Below are positions 37,070 to 45,915 of a DNA stretch of 64,000 nt, in pieces. Position numbers and translations under genes: made by a program. Source of the DNA: a virus; IMG/VR virus record IMGVR_UViG_3300025446_000004, positions 1 through 64,000 of that record. One strand, 5' to 3'. The notes under the pieces were generated by a model, which saw only the letters and a list, made by a program, of their open reading frames with translations, did no database searches and was not told where the DNA came from. How positions within the stretch are numbered: position 1 is the first letter of the stretch; every line of letters starts with the position of its first letter.

Positions 37070-38380
37070 GGTTCGCATCCGGCCCGGTTCTATTGCGGCC
37101 CGTTGCCGGTGTTCCTATAGTTGCTTGTGTCGATGTTCCCCGGCCCGTTTGGAGTCAACATCTGGCGGCCCGGTCGCCGGTGTTCTCGGTTGTCATGCTG
37201 CTACGTTGACCGGTTTGATTAGTTTGACCAGCGTCCCATTGCCGGGGTTATATGGTCTCAAGGTTCTATGGGGGGGTCACTGTCAATTGCCCGGCTTGGA
37301 CCATTGCCGATAAAAATATAGTGGAACTCGCACAGGGCGATTTAAGCGGTTCGGATCATTGCCGGGGTAATTCCCCATACCTGTGGTTAATACGGGCGCA
37401 GAGTGGCCCGGTTCTATTGCGGCCCGGTCGCCGGTTGCATGGCGGCCCGGTTGCTATGCTGGCATTGACCGGCAGCCCCTTGGTTCGGGGTTACTAGGGT
37501 TCTATGGTTAAGGTATAAGGTCGAAGTCAATTGCTCGGCTCGGCCCGATCCGTTGCCGATAAAAATATATTGAAACTAACGCAACGTGATTTTACCGGCG
37601 GCCCGGTTCCACGGTTGACCAATTGACCGATTGACCGGCGGCCCATATCAGGCGGCCCGGTTGCCGGATCATTGCCGGATTACTGCGGCCCGTTACGCTC
37701 GCGGTTGTCGGTTTAATCTGGCGGCCCATTGCCGGGGTTGTTAGGTATAAGGGAACGTGAGCTAAACGGGCCGGGCCGGATCATTCCCGATAACTTTATA
37801 TCGTAACTCACTGCAAGGCGATTTAAACGACCTGTACCGTTGCCGGGGATCATTCCATACTGGCGGCCCATTGAACGCATGGCGGCCCGGTTCTGATCAC
37901 TGGCGGCCCGTTGTAATTGGCGGCCCGGTTCCTGGGTTGCGTTATCGGTTGCTGATCATTTGGAGCAACCGGCGGCCCGTGGTTCTAATATTTTTTTCGT
38001 GGAATTCAACCGCTAGCACGTACAATGCCAAACGGCCCAATGTACTGTGAAAATTCCGAACGAAAGTAATACCGCTAAAATATGGCTCGGCGGCCCGGTT
38101 CGCATTGTAATGTTATAAATAAATCGCTTTACTTGCGGTTTTGTAAACGATTACATTTCAGCCAATTAGTAAAGCGATTTACTAGCGGCTCTGTATGTCC
38201 TTGATTCTATTAACTAAATCGCTTTACAATCGCTTGCAAGCTAAATCAATTTACCTTGCCCGGTGTTGATCCGATTTTGAAAAATGAGGTGACCGGTCAA
38301 CTCACGGCCCGGCGGCCCGTCTAGCGCGAAATACAGTTTCCCATATCAGGCGAATATTAAGAGAATATTTGCGGCCCACA
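37070..38380 (+). repeat. Left non-coding repeat block (GGCGGCCC-rich; degenerate ~240-bp units; GTAAA-N4-TTTAC boxes)
   Basis: 13 GGCGGCCC copies by manual count, all on the + strand. Confidence 0.9.
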
Positions 38381-38487
38381 GTTGGCCTGCGACTCGTATT
38401 TTGCTATTACTTTAGTTTTCTTCAATTCTTTTATTGTGTTGTAATTTTGTTCGAGCTAGCCGCATAATCAAGGGGAAAGGGGAAAAA

Positions 38488-38685
38488 ATGGAAACATACT
38501 TCATTGTCATGGCCCTGTTAGCAACCGTGGTTCTAATGTTGGCCGGTCTTGTATGGCTCAATCATTGTCACCATAAAGCAACCATGATCTGTTTACTCAT
38601 GCTCGTGTGTTGCTTTTTTCCGCCATTCCTTATCGTGGCTATTTTGATCGTGATGTGCGGTCAAGGAAAGGGGGAACCCCAATGA
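38488..38685 (+). CDS. Small membrane protein
   Basis: Two hydrophobic segments; purine-rich RBS. Confidence 0.55.
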   Translation: METYFIVMALLATVVLMLAGLVWLNHCHHKATMICLLMLVCCFFPPFLIVAILIVMCGQGKGEPQ

Positions 38686-38972
38686 TGTACAAAGTGAACC
38701 TCAAGGGTTACAACGGCAACCGCAATAAATCAGTTCTGGTGTTAGCTCCCGATAAAAATGCAGCGATTAGCATCGCCTTACACGAGTCTGGTTTTTTCAG
38801 TGTCGAATCCGTTCAACCGGAACCGGTCGAATTTGGTTTTGACTATAAGCATCAAGCTTGGGTCCGAAACAACCGATACGTTGGATGCGGCCACACGAAC
38901 CGGCCCACGTGCGGTTGCTTTGGCTCACTTCATGCCGGGGAACCGGTTCGGGCCGATGCGGAGTTTAAGTAA
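38682..38972 (+). CDS. Hypothetical protein
   Basis: MMYKVNLK start overlapping the previous stop; CGH...CGC...H metal-binding pattern. Confidence 0.6.
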   Translation: MMYKVNLKGYNGNRNKSVLVLAPDKNAAISIALHESGFFSVESVQPEPVEFGFDYKHQAWVRNNRYVGCGHTNRPTCGCFGSLHAGEPVRADAEFK

Positions 38973-39283
38973 AAATATATGGAAACTGCATTGCACCTTG
39001 ACAGAATACCGGCAAACGTTTGGCGCGAGTACGTGCAAGCGATACAGCGCACCGGGTTAACTCATCCGCTCAATGTCGCACTTGACCGGTTGCAGTTTTT
39101 ATTTTCACTTTCCCCGGTTGACGTGGAAAAATATTTTCAAGAGAGGAGGAGCGCATGATCCAAATGGTAGAAAGCTTTTTCCTGCTTTACACCGCGGCAG
39201 TGAGCGTGGTGTTGATCCTTGGCGCAATAGCTGTCAAGAACTCGGACCGATAACGCAACACTAACCAGAAAGGAAAAACTCGA

Positions 39284-39529
39284 ATGTTTAATCTTTACAA
39301 ATTCGTGTTTGTTTCAAAATCGCATGACGGAAAAAGGGCCGAAATACGGCGAGTAAACAAGTACACCGGCGCAACGAAAACTTTCCACGGTGTGAAATGC
39401 GGAGACGGGTTCCAAATCATTACCGGTTCGCGTGGTTTTTTTGACAACGGAAAAACGGTAACACTTCCGGTTTACACCTTGCTTAAGGCGAGCGAAATTG
39501 AATCGTCCCCGGCAACCGAAACGTTGTAA
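39284..39529 (+). CDS. Hypothetical protein
   Basis: AAAGGA RBS, 81 aa. Confidence 0.55.
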   Translation: MFNLYKFVFVSKSHDGKRAEIRRVNKYTGATKTFHGVKCGDGFQIITGSRGFFDNGKTVTLPVYTLLKASEIESSPATETL

Positions 39530-39724
39530 TAACATTTTCAAGAAAGTGTATCAAAGCAATGCAAAGTTTAGTTATTGGACGTGCCAGCGATTGTGACTGT
39601 AACTTGTGCCGTGGGTATGGCTGGCACATTTTCGCACCTTGGACAGTCCGAATGTGGCATAAGGTTTCCCGATTTTTCATTGAGAGTTATCAACAACATT
39701 TCAACCAGAAACGAGGATGAAAAA

Positions 39725-39940
39725 ATGATTGTCACGGAAACAATATCCTATAGGGTCTCAGGTATAGGGAAAACGTGGGAGGGGTTTAACATCACTTTTT
39801 CTCGTGAGTTTGACTATTTTCCGAGTTTGGATAATGTTCTCAAAACAACCGGAGACTTTGAGACAATTGATCATATTAAGGTGCATTGCGTGCACACTGT
39901 AACGTGTGAAGAAACCACTAAGTGTGCATTGGCTTTGTAA
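39725..39940 (+). CDS. Hypothetical protein
   Basis: MIVTETISY start after GAGGA. Confidence 0.5.
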   Translation: MIVTETISYRVSGIGKTWEGFNITFSREFDYFPSLDNVLKTTGDFETIDHIKVHCVHTVTCEETTKCALAL

Positions 39941-39977
39941 ATATTATGAATTCAACCCGAAACGAGGATTTTGACCT

Positions 39978-41528
39978 ATGGATTTTGTAACGCAATACCG
40001 GGCGGCCCGGCGAGTATCAACACCGCTGCTAGTCGTCCGCACATTTGACAGTAATTCAACCATCCGAACGATACGCGCAACTATCGGGGAAAAAATTGAG
40101 GATGTTGCGCTTATTCGTTGGGATATTTGCCACGGTTGCGAACCATTAACCAAACGGGCCGGGATCGAATTAAACGAAATGCTAGCGGGGGAAGAACCCG
40201 ATATTACCCTGTCACTAGAAAACACTTTGAGGCTAGCAGAAAAACAGGCACACTCTGACCAGTCAACCATGGTCACATTGTTTATTTGTAACGCTCATTT
40301 GTTCTGGCGTGATAATCCGCAAGTGATTCAAGGAATTTGGAATTTGCGCGATCTTTACAAGTCAAACGCTAACATGCTGGTGTTACTTACTTCCCCCGGT
40401 CAAACGGTACCGGCAGAATTGTCGAACGATGTTCTTGTGTTAGATGAACCGCTCCCCACACGTTCCGAACTCGGAAAAATCATTACTGATACTTTCCACT
40501 TTGCAAAATGGACTGCCCCAACTGGTGACCCACTAGAGCGGGCAGTTGATGCATTAGTGGGAGTGCCGGCTTTCGCAGCAGAGCAAAGTACCGCGATGAG
40601 TCTTGAAAGCAAAACTCAAGATTTAAATCTAAGCTCACTGTGGCAACACAAGCGAACTATTATTGCTCAGACTCCGGGGTTATCGTTATTTGACGGCGAC
40701 GATACGCTTGACAACATCGGAGGATTGGACAGTATCAAGTCATTCATTAGTTGTTTAATGAATGGGAAGCTTCCCCCGGCAGTGATCCTGTTTTCAGATG
40801 AAATTGAAAAAGGGTATGCCGGTACCGGAACCGATTTGAGCGGCACTAAAACGGAATTGACCGGCGGCACACTCACATGGACTGAGGAAAAAGGAATTGA
40901 CGGTATCCTATTACTTGGAGTACCCGGTGTGGGAAAATCGGCAATTATTAAGGCCATGGGTGGAACGTACAATCGGCCCGTTATCGGGTTCGATGTTGGA
41001 GCAATGCAGGGTTCGCTCGTGGGTCAATCAGGCGCAAACTTCCGCACTGCTACAAAAACGGTTGACGCAATTTCGGACGGAAAAATCCTGTGGGTCGCAA
41101 CATGTAACAGTGTTAATGCACTGCCTCCGGAGTTACGCTCACGATTCAAATTAGGCACTTTCTTTTTTGATGTTCCAACTGAAACGGAACGGGCCGCGAT
41201 TTGGAACATATACCGGGCAAAGTATGAAATACCGACGAATGATCCTACTCCGGATTGTACGGGGTGGACAGGCCGCGAAATTCGAGAGTGTGCATATAAG
41301 GCATACAGGTTTGGTATCACACTCAAGGAGGCGGCCCGGTACGTTGTTCCGGTAACCATTTCGAGTAAAGAACAAATTCAAGGCTTGAGGCTAGCAAGCT
41401 CTGGGAAGTATCTTTCGGCTAGTTACCCCGGTCTGTTCAATTGCCGGGGAGAGTTACCAGCAGCGAACATTGCAACCGTACCGGTTCTCCGTGCGGCCCG
41501 GTCACTCCAATTTGATGAGGAAAGGTAA
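39978..41528 (+). CDS. Ycf46-like AAA+ ATPase with rearranged motif order
   Basis: Degenerate N-terminal AAA domain; IGGLDSIK; VILFSDEIEK precedes GVPGVGKS; then VATCN..LPPEL.RF..FFFDVP. Confidence 0.85.
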   Translation: MDFVTQYRAARRVSTPLLVVRTFDSNSTIRTIRATIGEKIEDVALIRWDICHGCEPLTKRAGIELNEMLAGEEPDITLSLENTLRLAEKQAHSDQSTMVTLFICNAHLFWRDNPQVIQGIWNLRDLYKSNANMLVLLTSPGQTVPAELSNDVLVLDEPLPTRSELGKIITDTFHFAKWTAPTGDPLERAVDALVGVPAFAAEQSTAMSLESKTQDLNLSSLWQHKRTIIAQTPGLSLFDGDDTLDNIGGLDSIKSFISCLMNGKLPPAVILFSDEIEKGYAGTGTDLSGTKTELTGGTLTWTEEKGIDGILLLGVPGVGKSAIIKAMGGTYNRPVIGFDVGAMQGSLVGQSGANFRTATKTVDAISDGKILWVATCNSVNALPPELRSRFKLGTFFFDVPTETERAAIWNIYRAKYEIPTNDPTPDCTGWTGREIRECAYKAYRFGITLKEAARYVVPVTISSKEQIQGLRLASSGKYLSASYPGLFNCRGELPAANIATVPVLRAARSLQFDEER

Positions 41529-41532
41529 ACCG

Positions 41533-41916
41533 ATGAGTGCATATTCTGAATTCCCAATGTCCGAGTTTAAAGACTGTAACCTCTTGATCGAGGCAATGGA
41601 AAAAATGGGATACAGTCAAATCAGCCTCGACAAAACGAACTATGAATTGAGGCCAATGCAACCCGATTTAGTGTTTCGTAAAAATGGCGCATACGCTAGC
41701 ACGTGGAACGATGTAGGCTTCAAGCGTACCCCGAACGGCACTTATAGTGCTATGTTCTCGGATTACGCAACCGGCAATACTCAAACATGGGTGCAAAAAC
41801 TCAAAGGCGAGTACATCGAATGCGGTGTGATTCTCCAAGCCAAGAAAATGGGATTGCGGCCTGTGGGTCGCACTGAGAAAAATGGTAAGGTAACGCTCGT
41901 TTATCAGCGTGCATAA
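41533..41916 (+). CDS. DUF1257/Ycf35-like protein
   Basis: MSAYS...FKD..LLIEAMEKMGY...DVGFKR..NGTY; position next to a Ycf46-like ATPase. Confidence 0.75.
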   Translation: MSAYSEFPMSEFKDCNLLIEAMEKMGYSQISLDKTNYELRPMQPDLVFRKNGAYASTWNDVGFKRTPNGTYSAMFSDYATGNTQTWVQKLKGEYIECGVILQAKKMGLRPVGRTEKNGKVTLVYQRA

Positions 41917-41951
41917 CGCAAGCGCAACCGAAAGGAAAAGGTAAAAATATC

Positions 41952-42149
41952 ATGGCGAAAACGAAACTTGTAACCATTACGATTGACAAAGAAGCCGGCG
42001 GAGGATTCACATGCGATACAACCGGTTTCGAGGGCAAAGGGTGTGCCGATATTCACAGGATGTTTGAGTCTATTGGCGGCCCCGGCAAAACGGATCATAA
42101 GCCAGAGTGGAACCAAATACAACGGTTGAACGTTACGGCGGGGAGGTAA
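41952..42149 (+). CDS. DUF2997-like protein
   Basis: VTITIDK..G...DTTGFEGKGC...E..G.....KPEW, 65 aa. Confidence 0.75.
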   Translation: MAKTKLVTITIDKEAGGGFTCDTTGFEGKGCADIHRMFESIGGPGKTDHKPEWNQIQRLNVTAGR

Positions 42150-42152
42150 TCT

Positions 42153-42791
42153 ATGTTAGTTCATGCACGTATCGATAGCTCACAAGTCAATGGGCCGGGG
42201 AACCGGGCAGTGCTATGGTTTCAAGGTTGTTCCCTTAACTGCCTCGGATGTTGGAATGAGGGCACTCACCCATTTGATTTTGCTTATCACGTAGAATGGG
42301 GAACCATTCAAACATGGTTGATGAATTTACCGGCAGATGTAACAGGGTTGACCCTATCAGGGGGAGAGCCATTGCAGCACTCGTTTGACGTGCTAGCAAT
42401 AGCCGATTTTTTGAGCCTAGTACGGCCCGGTTTTTCCATTGGCTTATTCACGGGGTACACTCTGCCAGAGTTACGGGCCGGTCGATTCCAAACTATCGAC
42501 CAAACCGGAACCCGTTTGATACTCGGGGAACCGGAATTATGGGCCGCGATTGAAAACAGAATCGATTTTGCAGTAATGGGCCGGTTTAATCCGGGATTAG
42601 TAACCATTAAAAAACCGTTATGCGGTTCCGATAACCAAAGGGTTGTTCTATTCTCGAACCGCCATAAGCTTGCGGATTTTGACGGGCAAGCTTGCGAGAT
42701 TACAATTGGGGAACATGAGGGCCAGATGTGCGCAACTATGACGGGGTTCCCCGGTTCTGAATTCATTACCAGCATCAAAACTGCCCTATAA
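42153..42791 (+). CDS. Radical SAM protein, NrdG/activase-like
   Basis: VNGPGNRAVLWFQGCSLNCLGCWN (CX3CX2C), SGGEP, TGY, GSDNQR. Confidence 0.85.
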   Translation: MLVHARIDSSQVNGPGNRAVLWFQGCSLNCLGCWNEGTHPFDFAYHVEWGTIQTWLMNLPADVTGLTLSGGEPLQHSFDVLAIADFLSLVRPGFSIGLFTGYTLPELRAGRFQTIDQTGTRLILGEPELWAAIENRIDFAVMGRFNPGLVTIKKPLCGSDNQRVVLFSNRHKLADFDGQACEITIGEHEGQMCATMTGFPGSEFITSIKTAL

Positions 42792-42818
42792 CGGGGTAAC
42801 GAAAAGGAAGGTTAGAAC

Positions 42819-43748
42819 ATGGCTGAAAGCAACATTCAGACAATAACATTCAACGATGTAAGCGGGTTATCATCTCAAGTGATGTTTTTACAATTGCGGG
42901 CCGGTTTACTCGGGAACTCTCGAAAAATGGGAGGCGATATTTTCAACACTCCGGGAACCGATGTTGCATGGTTATCCGCAAACAAAAAACTCCTTGAGTC
43001 ACCGCAATTGGACGCGATACGCAAAGCAGACATGCGCATACGTCAGTGGTTATATAACTCAAAGGGACCAGCGTTACCTTGCAGCTTTGATGCGTTTACA
43101 ATTCCTAATGGTTCCGTTGTTTCAGTACGGAACAAGCTTGAGGAATTTAAAACGGAACGGGCCGGGTTGGTTGATGAATTCATGGCGGTGTACGTGGAAC
43201 AATCAAGGGAAGCAAGGGAAAAACTCGGCCCGCAATGGAATCCACACGAGTACTTGACCCCCGAACGTGTTCGAGCGAAATTTTACTTTGAGTATTCCTT
43301 TTATGGTTTCGGAGTCTCCGAAACACTTAAAGAAATTTCGCAAGAACTCTACGATGAACAAAAAAACAAAATCGAATCGGATTTTCGCAATGCAGCGGAC
43401 GAGATCACCGCAGTGATGCGGGAAACTGCTTTCGGGTTACTGCAAAACTTGCAAGAACAATTGACCCCGGACGATACCACGGGCAAAGCTAAAAAACTTC
43501 ATCCGGCGGCCCTTGCGAACGTTAAAAACTTTCTTGAAAGTTTCAGCATCAAGAATGTTACAAATGACAATGAACTCTCAAACATTCTCGCGCAAGTGAA
43601 AACACTGGTGACCGGGGTCGATACAAAAACCATTAAGGCCAGCGAGTCATTTAAAACAAACATGCGCGATAAACTCGCAGAGATTACCGGGAAACTTTCG
43701 ACCATGGTCGAGGAAAAATCGGGCCGCAAGTTTCTATTCGATGAGTGA
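42819..43748 (+). CDS. DUF3150-like helical protein
   Basis: 309 aa; ANKKLL...F...Y.....EAREKLG..W....Y...E.VR.KF.F pattern recalled from this MGE family. Confidence 0.55.
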   Translation: MAESNIQTITFNDVSGLSSQVMFLQLRAGLLGNSRKMGGDIFNTPGTDVAWLSANKKLLESPQLDAIRKADMRIRQWLYNSKGPALPCSFDAFTIPNGSVVSVRNKLEEFKTERAGLVDEFMAVYVEQSREAREKLGPQWNPHEYLTPERVRAKFYFEYSFYGFGVSETLKEISQELYDEQKNKIESDFRNAADEITAVMRETAFGLLQNLQEQLTPDDTTGKAKKLHPAALANVKNFLESFSIKNVTNDNELSNILAQVKTLVTGVDTKTIKASESFKTNMRDKLAEITGKLSTMVEEKSGRKFLFDE

Positions 43749-43814
43749 CAGAACCGGGCCGGGCAACCGGCCCACGGTTCCTTAACACGTTTTTTCAAGA
43801 AAGGAAAAAACCAA

Positions 43815-44480
43815 ATGATTGGAATTACGAAAACTGAACTACAAACCCTGTTTGATGCGATCAAAATTCAAGACAAATTTGACCGCAAAGAGTTTGTGCA
43901 TCTTCTTGTATTGTGCCGTTTGGCGATGCGAACCGGAACAGAAAAGCAATTGTTCGCAGCAGTCGAAGACGTAAACTGGGAACTCGGAATCGAGCAATCG
44001 GAACCGGCGCCCCCGGAACATGATCCACTCGAAAACATGATCGGGAATACGTTACGTGACTATCGGGCCGCCGGTTTACCTAATCCGGTTGAGCCAAGAA
44101 TCCACGAGGTAACCCCGGCAGTACCGGACCCAGCTCCGGAACCTGTGCCAGCTTCGGAACCCGATCTCAATCCCGCAATCACGGAAGCTTTGAACAGTAT
44201 GCGGGGAGAGTCGATCACCCTAGCAGATGGTATCGCCGTTTCGTTTCTTGGAACCGGCCCGATTCCTCTTGGGGTTGCATTGGACGTGGAACCGCGCATT
44301 GAACAATCGGCAAACTATCCTCGCATTATGCGCCGTTTACAAATCGCGCAAGAATTACTCTCAGGTTACTGTCACCAGTACCGCGAAACCGGAACTTTTA
44401 CTCCGGAATATGTCGGGCAAACGTTCCGGGAAAAATGTATTGCAATTCTGCGTTATGTAGTCAACTTGCTAAAAAACTAG
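43815..44480 (+). CDS. Hypothetical protein
   Basis: 221 aa; AAAGGA RBS; Pro/Glu linker. Confidence 0.65.
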   Translation: MIGITKTELQTLFDAIKIQDKFDRKEFVHLLVLCRLAMRTGTEKQLFAAVEDVNWELGIEQSEPAPPEHDPLENMIGNTLRDYRAAGLPNPVEPRIHEVTPAVPDPAPEPVPASEPDLNPAITEALNSMRGESITLADGIAVSFLGTGPIPLGVALDVEPRIEQSANYPRIMRRLQIAQELLSGYCHQYRETGTFTPEYVGQTFREKCIAILRYVVNLLKN

Positions 44481-44489
44481 CCTCGCATT

Positions 44490-45290
44490 TGACCTATAAC
44501 GGGCCGATGTGAATACTCCGGGCCAGTACCATGGCAGAAATGCCGGATACTGGCCCGGTTCTTTTTTGACGGCTCCGGCCCGGCCCGGCGGCCCGTTCCC
44601 ATATAAAAATATATTGAACTTCGACGGCCCGGTAAACGGATCATATGGTCCGGAACCATAGAACCGGCCCTGTAAACTACGGCCCGGCGGCCCACGGTTG
44701 ACTTGTATGGCTCATATACAGTTTTCGTGACCCTATACCCTCAAAAAAATATTTATAAGGTAAACCGATTTACTTTCAAGTTTGAAAAACATTTTACCAC
44801 GGTCAAAGTAAATCGCTTTACCTATAATTTTATATAAGGGTACGGTACCATCCCCCGGCGGCCCGGCGGCCCATGGGGGAACACTGGCGGCCCATGGCGG
44901 CCCGATCTCGTGAGTGACCGGCAACCCCGGCGGCCCGGTACCGGCGGCCCACGTGGCAACCGGCGGCCCGGCGGCCCGGTTCTACAGGCGGCCCCGGTAC
45001 CCTGGTTCTAATATATCTATTGAAATAGTAACATTTTGGTTACACGTTACTAGAGTAATACACCCTACCAATTACATATTACTAAAGTAACTGTATACAA
45101 TTGGCAACAGTAACGTTACCTTAGTCATCATAGTAACGTTACCAAAGTAACAACCGCTCCGGGCGGCCCTTTGGTGGGGTTCGATCTCTTCTAGCAGGAA
45201 AAATCCGAGCAAAATCACTTAGGTACTTGATGATTCCGGTCGTCTCTTCTAGTAATAAAACTTTCGCGGAATTCTCTTAGGTACTTAGGT
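44490..45290 (+). repeat. Right non-coding repeat block (GGCGGCCC-rich; GTAAA-N4-TTTAC and GTTAC-N4-GTAAC boxes; ~58-bp-period direct repeat)
   Basis: 12 GGCGGCCC copies by manual count, all on the + strand. Confidence 0.9.
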
Positions 45291-45322
45291 AATTTGATTT
45301 TACAAGGTGTTGCTTTTTTAGC

Positions 45323-45351
45323 TTGACGTGTTTTTAGGGGCATGATACTTT
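45323..45351 (+). promoter_or_regulatory. Sigma70-type promoter
   Basis: TTGACG-17-TACTTT with TG extension. Confidence 0.55.
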
Positions 45352-45398
45352 AGGCTTGACCCGCAGAGTGGAAACATGAAACGGGATTATTAAATGGG

Positions 45399-45608
45399 AT
45401 GGTCACCATGCCAGAACCAATCAAAAATGAACTCTCGCAAGTCATGGCCGCTATGCGGGCGCGGATTGATTCAACTGACAAGATAGCGCGTGTTACCCGG
45501 CGACCAAAGCCAAGATGCAAGCATCCTCATATAAATTTAGCGCATCGTTACCGCACAGCAGCACAACTGGCGCGTAAGGCAACGAAACCCAACGGGGCGC
45601 CAGTATGA
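45399..45608 (+). CDS. Hypothetical protein
   Basis: First ORF after the promoter. Confidence 0.5.
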   Translation: MVTMPEPIKNELSQVMAAMRARIDSTDKIARVTRRPKPRCKHPHINLAHRYRTAAQLARKATKPNGAPV

Positions 45609-45823
45609 CACAAGAGGAATACGAACGTAAGCGGTACTTTGTCCGCCTTGTTTTTCCAGTATTCAAAATGGAATTCCGATTCAAAGGATGCACTCATTGG
45701 TGGACAGAGTATTTTGATTCTAGCCAATATTGCAATAAATCGGGAAGCTTCAGGGCAGCATTATCACCGTTTTGTGAAATGAGGGAGTTGCAGCCCATAC
45801 TTGAGGAAGGCGGCCAGAAATGA
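45605..45823 (+). CDS. Hypothetical protein
   Basis: ATGA-coupled ORF. Confidence 0.5.
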   Translation: MTQEEYERKRYFVRLVFPVFKMEFRFKGCTHWWTEYFDSSQYCNKSGSFRAALSPFCEMRELQPILEEGGQK

Positions 45824-45915
45824 CACGCTGGAATTGTTATATATTTTTACTGAATGTGTGGTCGTTCATCATAAACTACGCGGCCTACATTCCGCTATTT
45901 TTTTAAGGAGACAAC

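Noticed and set aside
36822-37497. ORFs 36822..37313 and 37252..37497
   Set aside because: No RBS, composition dictated by the DNA repeats; treated as non-coding
37070-38380. CRISPR array
   Set aside because: Repeats are 8-14 bp words with irregular spacing, not constant 25-45 bp repeats with unique equal-length spacers; no cas genes
42153-42791. Calling the radical SAM gene nrdG of an anaerobic ribonucleotide reductase
   Set aside because: No nrdD in the window; context is the AAA/DUF1257/DUF2997 cluster
38100-45200. Island as an invertible segment or transposon with terminal inverted repeats
   Set aside because: Shared flank motifs are in direct orientation; I found no long inverted repeats or transposase
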